DNA from: an uncultured Eubacteriales bacterium
GTDB lineage: Bacteria > Bacillota > Clostridia > Oscillospirales > CAG-272
Length of the DNA stretch: 64,000 bases
Reading direction: 5' to 3'
Assembly: GCA_905210485.1 (NCBI GenBank)
Contig: CAJLXA010000003.1
Coordinates: 6,152-70,151 of the forward strand
The notes beneath the pieces are model-generated. The model was not told the origin of the DNA. It saw only the letters and a program-made list of their open reading frames with translations, and made no database searches. Shown here one piece after another: positions 10,028 to 18,895 of the stretch (position 1 is its first letter; every line of letters begins with the position of its first letter). A program made the position numbers and the translations under genes.

Positions 10028-11308
10028 ATGTTCGTCGATAATGTAAAAATTTATATTAAAGCCGGAAACGGCGGCGACGGCGCCGTTTCTTTCCACCGCG
10101 AAAAATTTGTTGCCGCAGGCGGTCCCGACGGCGGCGACGGCGGCCGCGGGGGAAATATCGTTTTCCGCGTTGATGAAGGCGCCAATACGCTCCTTGCATT
10201 CCGTTATAAGAGAAAATTTGTTGCCGAAAACGGTGAAAACGGAAAAGGGGACAAGTTTCACGGGAAAAGCGGAAGCGACACAGTGGTGCTGGTACCTCCG
10301 GGAACTCTGCTTCGTGACGCGGCAAGCGGCAAGATCATTTTTGATATGGCCGAAAATCCGGAGTTCATTGCCGCGAAAGGCGGCCGCGGCGGTTTCGGCA
10401 ACCGCCATTTCGCCACGCCTACGCGTCAGATTCCGCGCTTTGCCAAAAAGGGCACGGCAGGGGAAGAACGCGAACTGGTTCTGGAACTGAAAATGATTGC
10501 CGACGTGGGCCTTATCGGCTACCCGAGCGTCGGGAAGTCTTCGATTCTCGCAAGGGTATCGGCGGCGCGGCCGAAGATAGCGGCTTACCATTTTACGACG
10601 CTTTCGCCGAATCTCGGCGTGGTATCGGTCGGCGAGGGAAAAGGTTTCGTGATGGCGGATATACCGGGTCTTATCGCCGGTGCTTCCGAGGGACTTGGCC
10701 TCGGCCACGCGTTTTTAAGGCATGTTGACCGTTGCCGGCTTCTTCTGCATGTGGTCGATATTGCCGCAACGGAAGGGCGCAACCCGACAGAGGATCTGCG
10801 CATGATCGACACCGAACTTTTACGTTACAGTCCCGAGCTTTCCGGGCGCCCTCAGATCATTGTGGCAAATAAATGCGACGCTCTTGATCCCGAAGCTCCG
10901 TATCTTGACGAGTTTCGCGCATATGCGGCGGCAACGGGACGCGATATTCTTTTTGTTTCCGCGGCGACGGGGGAGGGACTGCCCGTTCTTCTGAACACCG
11001 TCAGAGAAAAACTGAAAGAACTTCCCGAAGTAACGGTTTATCAGCCCGAATATACGGCATTCGATGCGGCGGCAGACGCGGTTGACGTAAAGGCAACGAC
11101 CGTGCGCCGTGAAAATGATACGTATTTCGTTGAGGGGCAGTGGCTTCTGAATTTCATGGGACAGATCAATTTTGACGATTATGAATCGCTGAATTTCTTC
11201 CAGCGCGTGTTGCAGAAAAACGGCGTTTTCGATCTGTTGCGCGAAAAAGGCATTAAGGACGGAGACACGGTAAACATTTACGATTTTGAGTTTGAATTCA
11301 TCTACTAA
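10028..11308 (+). CDS. obg: GTPase Obg/CgtA
   Basis: Obg-fold N-terminus MFVDNVKIYIKAGNGGDGAVSFHREKF, with GYPSVGKS, DIPGLI and NKCD motifs. The ATG at 10028 lies 1 nt after the der stop. Confidence 0.95.
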   Translation: MFVDNVKIYIKAGNGGDGAVSFHREKFVAAGGPDGGDGGRGGNIVFRVDEGANTLLAFRYKRKFVAENGENGKGDKFHGKSGSDTVVLVPPGTLLRDAASGKIIFDMAENPEFIAAKGGRGGFGNRHFATPTRQIPRFAKKGTAGEERELVLELKMIADVGLIGYPSVGKSSILARVSAARPKIAAYHFTTLSPNLGVVSVGEGKGFVMADIPGLIAGASEGLGLGHAFLRHVDRCRLLLHVVDIAATEGRNPTEDLRMIDTELLRYSPELSGRPQIIVANKCDALDPEAPYLDEFRAYAAATGRDILFVSAATGEGLPVLLNTVREKLKELPEVTVYQPEYTAFDAAADAVDVKATTVRRENDTYFVEGQWLLNFMGQINFDDYESLNFFQRVLQKNGVFDLLREKGIKDGDTVNIYDFEFEFIY

Positions 11309-11408
11309 TGTCGCCTTTGGTTTACAAAAATAAAGATATTCCGCACAATATCACTGCAGGTGCAGTTAAAAAATAACGGTACAGTAAAAACACATATTGG
11401 GAGGCTTT

Positions 11409-12230
11409 ATGCAAAACACGGAAAAACAGGAACTGGAGCGTATTGCCCGCGAGGTACGCATCGGTATTATCGAGGGAGTGTATCACGCGGGATGCGGTCA
11501 TCCGGGCGGTTCGCTCTCCATTGCGGACATGATCACCTATCTTTACTTCAAAGAAATGAATATTGATCCCGCCCGTCCCAAAATGCACGACAGAGATCGC
11601 TTCGTTCTCTCCAAGGGACACACGGCGCCCGCCTTGTATGCGGCGCTTGCTCTGCGCGGGTATTTCCCGGTAGAGGATCTGAAAACACTGCGTAAGATTC
11701 ATTCGCATTTGCAGGGACATCCCGATATGAACAGCACGCCCGGCGTAGATATGTCGGCCGGCTCTCTCGGCCTTGGTATCTCCTCCGCCTGCGGCATGGC
11801 TCTCGCCGCTAAAATTTCAGGCGACAAGTACCGTGTGTATACGATTCTCGGCGACGGTGAAACCGAAGAGGGACAGGTGTGGGAAGCGGCGATGTTTGCG
11901 GCTCACTATAAACTGGACAACCTTTGCGCCATTGTGGACTGGAACGGCTTACAGATCGACGGTCCGATTGCCGAAGTGATGAATCCCGCGCCTCATGACG
12001 AAAAATTCCGCGCTTTCGGATGGAATGTCGTGTCCATTGACGGGCACAATTTCGATGAAATCGAAAAAGCGCTGAAGATCGCACGCGAAACCAAGGGCAA
12101 ACCCACGGTCATCATCATGAAGACCGTGAAAGGCAAAGGCGTTTCCTATATGGAAAACAAGGTGGAATGGCATGGGGCCGCTCCTAAAGAAGAACAGTAT
12201 AAACAGGCAATGGCCGAGCTTACAAAGTAA
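11409..12230 (+). CDS. tkt: Transketolase, N-terminal (TPP-binding) subunit
   Basis: HPGGSLSIADM and GDGETEEGQVWEA motifs. GGGAGG lies 6 nt before ATG 11409. Confidence 0.9.
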   Translation: MQNTEKQELERIAREVRIGIIEGVYHAGCGHPGGSLSIADMITYLYFKEMNIDPARPKMHDRDRFVLSKGHTAPALYAALALRGYFPVEDLKTLRKIHSHLQGHPDMNSTPGVDMSAGSLGLGISSACGMALAAKISGDKYRVYTILGDGETEEGQVWEAAMFAAHYKLDNLCAIVDWNGLQIDGPIAEVMNPAPHDEKFRAFGWNVVSIDGHNFDEIEKALKIARETKGKPTVIIMKTVKGKGVSYMENKVEWHGAAPKEEQYKQAMAELTK

Positions 12231-12245
12231 GGGAGTCGTACGGAT

Positions 12246-13190
12246 ATGGAAAAAATGGCAACAAGAGAAGGCTACGGCAAGGCGCTTGCCGAACTTGGAG
12301 AAAAATATGATTTTGTGGTTTTGGACGCGGATCTTGCCGCGGCAACCAAAACAGGCGTTTTCAAGAAAAAATTTCCCGACCGCTTCTTTGACTGCGGTAT
12401 TGCGGAAGGCAACATGATGAGCGTTGCCGCCGGCATTGCCACCACGGGTCGGATCCCGTTTGTGTCCACATTCGCCATGTTTGCCGCCGGACGTGCATTT
12501 GAACAGGTGCGCAATTCCATCGGTTATCCGCATCTCAATGTGAAAATCGGTGCAACGCATGCGGGGATCACGGTAGGCGAAGACGGCGCAACGCATCAAT
12601 GCAACGAAGACATTGCGCTCATGCGTACGATTCCCGGCATGACGATCTTAAATCCCTGCGACGCCAATGAGGCGCACGCCGTTGTGGAGGCGGCGCTTCA
12701 CATCGACGGTCCCGTGTATATGCGTTTCGGCCGTTTTGCCGTGCCGGATCTGACGTCGGAGCGCGCGGATTACCGCTTTGAAGTCGGAAAAGGCGTTGTT
12801 CTTGCCGACGGTAAGGACGTAACGATTGTTGCCACCGGCTTTATGGTGCATCTTGCGTTGGAGGCGCGCGCTATGCTTGCCGAAGAGGGAATTTGTGCGG
12901 CGGTGCTGAATATCCACACGATCAAACCGCTTGACGGCGCTTTGATTGCGGCATATGCCGAAAAGACAGGCGCTGTAGTCACCGCAGAGGAACACAGCAT
13001 TATCGGCGGCCTCGGCGGCGCGGTGGCGGAATATCTCTCCGAAAACCGCCCGACCCCTGTTGTGCGCGTCGGCGTCAATGATCGGTACGGTCATTCGGGC
13101 AGCGTTCCGGAACTTCTGGAAATGTACGGCCTGACGGCGAAGAATATCGCGGCACAGGCAAAAAAAGCCATCGGCATGAAAACAAAATAA
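12246..13190 (+). CDS. tkt: Transketolase, C-terminal (pyrimidine-binding) subunit
   Basis: FDCGIAEGNMMSVAAG and GATHQCNEDIALMR motifs. It directly follows the N-terminal subunit. Confidence 0.9.
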   Translation: MEKMATREGYGKALAELGEKYDFVVLDADLAAATKTGVFKKKFPDRFFDCGIAEGNMMSVAAGIATTGRIPFVSTFAMFAAGRAFEQVRNSIGYPHLNVKIGATHAGITVGEDGATHQCNEDIALMRTIPGMTILNPCDANEAHAVVEAALHIDGPVYMRFGRFAVPDLTSERADYRFEVGKGVVLADGKDVTIVATGFMVHLALEARAMLAEEGICAAVLNIHTIKPLDGALIAAYAEKTGAVVTAEEHSIIGGLGGAVAEYLSENRPTPVVRVGVNDRYGHSGSVPELLEMYGLTAKNIAAQAKKAIGMKTK

Positions 13191-13214
13191 AAGAAGGCGC
13201 GATCTTCTTGAAAA

Positions 13215-13250
13215 CGGCGGAAACGGAAATAACCGTTTCCGCCGCTTTTT
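13215..13250 (+). terminator. Rho-independent terminator after tkt
   Basis: 12-bp perfect stem CGGCGGAAACGG/CCGTTTCCGCCG with a 6-nt loop, followed by a run of 5 T. Confidence 0.8.
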
Positions 13251-13301
13251 ACGTCATAGACGTCCGGCGCCGGGCATATGGTAGAAGAGCGAGGTATATA
13301 T

Positions 13302-14378
13302 ATGAAGACATTGCTCTACATTCTGGGAACGCGCCCGGAGGCCGTGAAAATGTGTCCGCTGATCCGAACGATCAAAAACAGAAATATATGCCATAACACG
13401 GTGTTTCTGACAGGACAACACGGTCGCGCGGCAAGCGAGGTACTCGATTTTTTTGAAGTTGCGGCGCATATAACATCGGAGGCCGTCCATGCGCCGTCAT
13501 TATATATGCTGACGGATGAACTTTTTCGCAGAGCGGAAAAAACGCTTGCCGAAACAAATCCCGATTATGTTGCGGTTCACGGTGATACCGCTTCCGCTTT
13601 TACGGGAGCAATGGCGGCATTTTACAGAAAGATCCCCATTCTGCATATAGAAGCGGGATTGCGGACATATCGGAAATATATGCCGTATCCGGAGGAATTT
13701 TTTCGCCGTGCCATCGCCGCTATGGCGGAGTACCATTTTGCGCCGACAGAAGAGGCGCGACGGCATCTGTTGTCCGAAGGCGTTGCCGACGACAGAATTT
13801 TTGTGACAGGGAACACTATACGGGACGCCATTGACTACGGTGCAGGAAAATCCCATATTCACTGTCCGGAAAAACCGTATGCATTGCTGACGGTACATCG
13901 GCGCGAAAACCGCGGCGAACCGATGGAACGCATCTTCTCGGCAATTGCCGGGATTGCCGGCGCTATGCCGGAATTGCGGATAGTATATCCCGTCCATCCG
14001 AATCCTGCGGTAGGGCGGGCGGCGGCCACGGCGTTTATGCATATTCCCTCGGTGACTCTTCTTTCTCCGTTGCCGTTTTACGATTTTCATGCACTTCTGA
14101 AAGAAGCCCTTTGCGTATTTACGGACAGCGGCGGCGTACAGGAAGAGGCGGCCGCTTTCGGTGTTCCCGCTATTGTTCTGCGCGACGAAACGGAAAGGGA
14201 AGAAGAGAAAAAGAACGGCGCCCTGTATCTTGTGGGAAGCGACAGCGGAAAAATTATGGACGCTTTTTTCAAAGTTTATCGTCACCGCGATGATAATCGT
14301 ATGCCGTGCCTCTATGAATCCTCTCCATCCGAAAAAATAGCGGATATATTGGAAAATATGTTTAAATGTAAACTTTGA
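13302..14378 (+). CDS. wecB: UDP-N-acetylglucosamine 2-epimerase (non-hydrolysing)
   Basis: MKTLLYILGTRPEAVKM, HRRENRGEP and DSGGVQEEAAAFGVP motifs. The start is at ATG 13302, after GAGG. Confidence 0.85.
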   Translation: MKTLLYILGTRPEAVKMCPLIRTIKNRNICHNTVFLTGQHGRAASEVLDFFEVAAHITSEAVHAPSLYMLTDELFRRAEKTLAETNPDYVAVHGDTASAFTGAMAAFYRKIPILHIEAGLRTYRKYMPYPEEFFRRAIAAMAEYHFAPTEEARRHLLSEGVADDRIFVTGNTIRDAIDYGAGKSHIHCPEKPYALLTVHRRENRGEPMERIFSAIAGIAGAMPELRIVYPVHPNPAVGRAAATAFMHIPSVTLLSPLPFYDFHALLKEALCVFTDSGGVQEEAAAFGVPAIVLRDETEREEEKKNGALYLVGSDSGKIMDAFFKVYRHRDDNRMPCLYESSPSEKIADILENMFKCKL

Positions 14379-14484
14379 ATTGCATTTTGGCGAAAAAATA
14401 GGAAACACTGTTTGTGAAAAACAAAAGGCTTCATGCGAAATTCGACCGTTTTTATTTTCTTTTTTCTTTTTTCGACATTAAATC

Positions 14485-14512
14485 TTGACAAGTCGAAAGA
14501 AAGTGTTATAAT
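14485..14512 (+). promoter_or_regulatory. Sigma-A-type promoter
   Basis: TTGACA (14485-14490), 16-nt spacer, extended -10 TGtTATAAT (14504-14512). Confidence 0.55.
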
Positions 14513-14568
14513 TATATTGTAAATACTTGACGGTTCGGGCGACCGCAACCGCTCTATGAGGTGAATGT

Positions 14569-15888
14569 ATGTTGAATTTTGCTCTCATTTTTGCATCTTC
14601 CGACAACTGGCTTCCCATGCTTATCGTTGCCGCCGTAGCGGTGGTTCTCGTCGGCGTGTCGGCCGCCATTACGGTGTCGCGCAAGAAGGCTAAAAGCAAG
14701 AAAAATGAAAATTCCGTCGTATCCGATGCGGTTGATACAAGTGCTTCCGACGCGACCGACACGACTGAAAACGCGCCTGCCGCCGATACGGTGAACGTTG
14801 CGGAGGAAACAGTCGCGGAAACATCTGCCGATACGGAAAAAACTGCAGAGAACGTCGAAGCAGAACCCGTCGCGGACGATGCCGTTGCGTCCGAGGAAAA
14901 AGCCGATGCGGAGCCGGCGGCCGAAACTGCTGAAGAAGCGATTCCCGAAGCCGTTACAGAAAACACGGAAAACGTTGCAGTTGAGGAAACGGAGACCGCA
15001 GAAACCGTGAAAGAATCGCAGGAAGACGCCGCCGATGCGCTTCCCGCGGATACGCAGGAAACCGGCGAAGAATCGTCCGAGACTCCCGCGGCGGCCGAAG
15101 TTGTGGCTAAAAATGCCGGCAAATACGATTTTATTCTCGGCCTTGACGGCTATCATTATTGCCTGATTGCCAACAACGGACAGCTTCTTTACGAAAGCGT
15201 TGGATATACCAGTTATGAGGGCGCCAAAAACGCTGTTGATACTTTCCGTCATGCAGTGGAAGTGGGACACTTCCAGATCCGTTCCGACCGCGGCGGCCGC
15301 TACAGTTTCGTTGTCGGCGGGAAATTCTACGGTGAAGGTTATACCAGTTATGCGCAGTGCGAGCGCGCAATTGAATCGGTGAAGCATTTTGCCCCGACAA
15401 AAAATATGGTTGAACCCGTGTTCACGCCCGAGGCCGAGCAGGCTTACCTCGATGCCCGTAACAGCCTGAAAAAAGCAAGTTCGGTGAATTGGGATGATAT
15501 TGCCGCCAAAGAGGCTTCTGTCAAGAAGTCCGGTAAATTTATCGTCGAACCCGAAGAGGGCGGCGCTTCGTTTGCCCTTATCGCCAATAACGGCCTTTGC
15601 CTTTACACGAGCCGCATTTACAGTGATCTGAAATCCGCAACCAATGCGGTAGACGCCTTTAAAAAGGCGGTGTATATCGGTAACTTCTTCGCCACAGATG
15701 ACAAATTCGGTAACTACCGTTTTGCATTGAAAGGCGCGGGAACCAACTGGTATGTCGGCGATTCCTATGCCGCAAAAGATCGTTGTCTGAATGCCATTGA
15801 ATCGGTGAAACGCTTTGTCGCTACCGCCGATATTGTGGTGAATAAAGAGCAGAACGAAGAAAATAAAGAAGAGGAAGCGGCGGAGTAA
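14569..15888 (+). CDS. Membrane-anchored protein with an acidic low-complexity linker and four YegP/DUF1508-like repeats
   Basis: 439 aa. An N-terminal TM segment (LPMLIVAAVAVVLVGVSAAI) is followed by about 140 aa rich in E/A/T/D. Four repeats then fit the YegP pattern (e.g. YHYCLIANNGQLLYESVGYTSYEGAKNAVDTFRHAV; ASFALIANNGLCLYTSRIYSDLKSATNAVDAFKKAV; GNYRFALKGAG...AKDRCLNAIESVKRF). Confidence 0.7.
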   Translation: MLNFALIFASSDNWLPMLIVAAVAVVLVGVSAAITVSRKKAKSKKNENSVVSDAVDTSASDATDTTENAPAADTVNVAEETVAETSADTEKTAENVEAEPVADDAVASEEKADAEPAAETAEEAIPEAVTENTENVAVEETETAETVKESQEDAADALPADTQETGEESSETPAAAEVVAKNAGKYDFILGLDGYHYCLIANNGQLLYESVGYTSYEGAKNAVDTFRHAVEVGHFQIRSDRGGRYSFVVGGKFYGEGYTSYAQCERAIESVKHFAPTKNMVEPVFTPEAEQAYLDARNSLKKASSVNWDDIAAKEASVKKSGKFIVEPEEGGASFALIANNGLCLYTSRIYSDLKSATNAVDAFKKAVYIGNFFATDDKFGNYRFALKGAGTNWYVGDSYAAKDRCLNAIESVKRFVATADIVVNKEQNEENKEEEAAE

Positions 15889-15906
15889 TCCGCAGTTATT
15901 GAAAAG

Positions 15907-15942
15907 CATCGGCAGGAGAGTGTTCTTCTGCCGATGTTTTTT
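15907..15942 (+). terminator. Rho-independent terminator
   Basis: CATCGGCAG/CTGCCGATG stem followed by a run of 6 T. Confidence 0.75.
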
Positions 15943-16164
15943 ATATATCGAAAATCATGCGATAGGCGCATGACTAATATAACAAAAAATAATTTTTCAT
16001 TTGTGAAATGTAGAAAAAAGATAAGTGACGCGACAGGGAGTGGCACAATTCCATCAAAAAACGAACTTCTTGCATACCTATTGACTTATTGCTAACGCAG
16101 GAGTATAATAAAATTGTTTCCCATTTTATTCCTATAAATAATACATATTTCGGAGGCAAGACAA

Positions 16165-16753
16165 ATAAAGCAATCGCCAGAACTACGCACCTTTTTTATA
16201 CTTATCGCAATAGCGATCTTCTTATGGACGATGCTATTTGTACTGTCGAATACCACACCGCCCGATGACAGTACATCACAAAGCGAGCAGGAGTCACAAA
16301 GTGAGCAGGAATCTTTGCAGACGGAAGAGCACACACATACATTTGCGAACGCATGGTCGTATGACGATACATATCACTGGCATGCCGCAACTTGTGAACA
16401 CACAAGCGAGGTTGACGGAAAAGCAGAGCATAGCCTCGTGAAAGGCGTTTGCTCTGTATGCAATATAAAGATAGCCTCCGAAGGTCTGGCGGTATGAATT
16501 GACTGCGGATCAGACTGCATATATCGTGATCGGTTATGGCGATTGCGTCGATACCAATGTTATTATTCCGGCTTCTTATAACGGACTGCCGGTGGTAGGT
16601 ATCGGAGACGAGGCATTTTCCGGTTGTAGCAGTTTCACAAGCATCACCTATACCGGCACAAAAGCGGAGTGGGAAAAAATAGAAAGATCCGCGTCCGGCA
16701 TAACCTGTACGGTTATTTGTTCTGACGGAACCATTGAAGACTGCGCATTCTGA
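16165..16753 (+). pseudogene. BspA-type leucine-rich-repeat surface protein gene with a non-canonical ATA start and a 1-nt frameshift
   Basis: An intact promoter (TTGACT 16081-17 nt-TATAAT 16104) and GGAGG (16152-16156) are present. The codon 8 nt downstream of GGAGG is ATA, not ATG, and opens a plausible signal-anchor MKQSPELRTFFILIAIAIFLWTMLFVLS. The frame ends at TGA 16495-16497 (..SEGLAV*). The +1 frame continues YELTADQTAYIVIGYG...IPASYNGLPVVGIGDEAFSGCSSFTSI...GTKAEWEKI. One extra G near 16491 explains the split. Confidence 0.6.
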
Positions 16754-16766
16754 CATATTCCAATAT

Positions 16767-16810
16767 AAAAAGCAGCGGGCGAACGCTATGCGTTTGCCCG
16801 TTGTAGTTTT
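16767..16810. terminator. Bidirectional terminator between the LRR gene and mnmG
   Basis: 11-bp stem CGGGCGAACGC/GCGTTTGCCCG with a 3-nt loop. An A-run lies upstream and T-rich sequence downstream. Confidence 0.7.
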
Positions 16811-16833
16811 ATACAGGTATGTGTATCTGAAGT

Positions 16834-18705
16834 TCAGCGGAGGTAGATCAGAAGTACGGAAATGTCGGCGGGGTTCACGCCGCTGATGCGCGACGCCTGT
16901 CCGAGATTCAGGGGACGGACGAGATTCAGTTTTTGCGCCGCTTCGATGCGGAGCCCTTTTATTTTCATGTAATCCAGATCAGCAGGAAGCAATTTGTTTT
17001 CCAGTTTTTCATGCCGTGCGACTTCGGCGAGTTCACGGCGGATATACCCTTCGTACTTGATCTGAATTTCGGCCGTGACCGTTACGGAACGGGGAAGGGA
17101 CGGACGTTCGGGGTCAAGCGGTAGCAGGGCGGTATAGTCAAGTTCCGGCCGGCGGAGAATTTCTGCAAGTTTGCATCCGTTTGCGAGCGGCGCCGTGCCG
17201 AGAGCAGAAAGAACACGATTGGTTTCCGCAGACGGTGCAACCGTTACGCGGGCAAGACGTGCAATCTCATCGTCTATGGCCTTTTTCTTTTCGAGAAAAC
17301 GTTGATAACGTTCTTCGTCTATCAGGCCGACGCGATGTCCCATTTCCGTCAGACGAAGATCGGCGTTATCCTGACGCAGGAGAAGACGGTATTCACTGCG
17401 CGAAGTCATAATGCGGTAGGGTTCGTTTGTACCCTTGGTGACAAGGTCGTCAATCAGGGTGCCGATATAGGAGGAACTGCGGGAGAGGATCAGCGGCGGT
17501 TCGTTTTTTACGGCCAATGCGGCGTTGATGCCGGCGACAAGGCCTTGCGCGGCGGCTTCTTCATAGCCGGACGTGCCGTTGAACTGTCCGGCGCCGTAGA
17601 GACCGTGAATCTCCTTGAATTCCAGCGTCGGGAGGAGCGACGTCGGGTCTACGCAATCATATTCAATGGCATAGGCGTAACGCATGACTTCCGCATTTTC
17701 AAATCCGGGCAGGGAGTGCAACATCTGAATTTGCAGATAGGTCGGCATAGAGGTGGAAAAACCTTGAATATACATCTCCTCGGTTTCCGCACCGCAGGGC
17801 TCCACAAAGAGTTGATGGCGATCTTTATCGGCAAAACGGACGACTTTATCTTCAATGGAGGGGCAGTAACGCGGCCCGGTGGCATGGATACGACCGCCGT
17901 ACATGGCGCTTTCCTCCAGGTTTTCACGGATCAGACGGTGCGTATTTTCATTTGTATAAACAATATGGCAGGGAATCTGTTCTATGTTGTTCAGCGCCGC
18001 GGCGTCGGAGCGTACGGAAAAGGGAATAACGGGATGTTCGCCGGGTTGAATTTCAAGTTTGGAAAAGTCAATACTGCGTTTGGCAACGCGTGCAGGCGTG
18101 CCGGTTTTGAAACGCATCAGGCGAACGCCTTCGCGGCGCAGGGAGTCCGACAGACCCTTTGCGGGGAGCATACCGTCCGGCCCTCCCTCATAAGAGGCGT
18201 GGCCGACAAAAATTTTTCCTTCCAGATAGGTACCGGCGGCAATAATGACCTTTTCACAATGAAAAGTATCGCCGAGGCGCGTGACGAGGCCTGTGACGCG
18301 CTTTCCGCGTTCATCGGATTCGGTGATGAGAGAAACCACTTCGGCCTGTAGAATACGAAGATTTTCGGTTTTTTCCAGCGTATGTTTCATATGGAGGCGA
18401 TAGGCCATGCGGTCAGCCTGTATGCGCTTGGAATGAACGGCCGCACCCTTGCCCAAATTCAGCGTGCGGGATTGCAACATTACATGGTCGGCACAAGCGC
18501 CCATTTCGCCGCCGAGAGCGTCAATTTCAAAGACGAGGTGACCTTTTCCGCTTCCGCCGATCGAGGGGTTGCAGGGCATATTGGCAATAGCGTCGAGGTT
18601 GATGGTAAAAAGAAAGGTAGGAAGGCCGAGGCGTGCCGTTGCCAGCGCCGCCTCCACACCGGCATGTCCCGCGCCGATGACCGCGACGGTTGTGGTGAAT
18701 TCCAT
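16834..18705 (-). CDS. mnmG: tRNA uridine-5-carboxymethylaminomethyl modification enzyme MnmG (GidA)
   Basis: MEFTTTVAVIGAGHAGVEAALATARLG is the FAD-binding N-terminus. The length is 623 aa from ATG 18705. The track's extension to 19020 overlaps glmS and is rejected. Confidence 0.93.
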   Translation of the reverse strand: MEFTTTVAVIGAGHAGVEAALATARLGLPTFLFTINLDAIANMPCNPSIGGSGKGHLVFEIDALGGEMGACADHVMLQSRTLNLGKGAAVHSKRIQADRMAYRLHMKHTLEKTENLRILQAEVVSLITESDERGKRVTGLVTRLGDTFHCEKVIIAAGTYLEGKIFVGHASYEGGPDGMLPAKGLSDSLRREGVRLMRFKTGTPARVAKRSIDFSKLEIQPGEHPVIPFSVRSDAAALNNIEQIPCHIVYTNENTHRLIRENLEESAMYGGRIHATGPRYCPSIEDKVVRFADKDRHQLFVEPCGAETEEMYIQGFSTSMPTYLQIQMLHSLPGFENAEVMRYAYAIEYDCVDPTSLLPTLEFKEIHGLYGAGQFNGTSGYEEAAAQGLVAGINAALAVKNEPPLILSRSSSYIGTLIDDLVTKGTNEPYRIMTSRSEYRLLLRQDNADLRLTEMGHRVGLIDEERYQRFLEKKKAIDDEIARLARVTVAPSAETNRVLSALGTAPLANGCKLAEILRRPELDYTALLPLDPERPSLPRSVTVTAEIQIKYEGYIRRELAEVARHEKLENKLLPADLDYMKIKGLRIEAAQKLNLVRPLNLGQASRISGVNPADISVLLIYLR

Positions 18706-18895
18706 ATGTTTTCGCTCCGAAAAATAAAATACAACTATTATTTTAACATGCTTTCGGCAAAAAGACAAGTATTCCGATAAAAAAAGATGTGACGGAATAC
18801 AGGTTATTGCAAAGAACGGGGCTGTATCTTCCGAAAATATAGTAAACCGGGGGATAAGCGCACACTTATCCCCCGGTTTTATGTTTTGCGGAGCG

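Noticed and set aside
14478-15122. 214-aa Ser/Ala-rich minus-strand ORF
   Set aside because: It is the mirror image of the E/A/T/D-rich low-complexity linker of the YegP-repeat gene. Its composition is explained entirely by complementing GAA/GCN/ACN codons.
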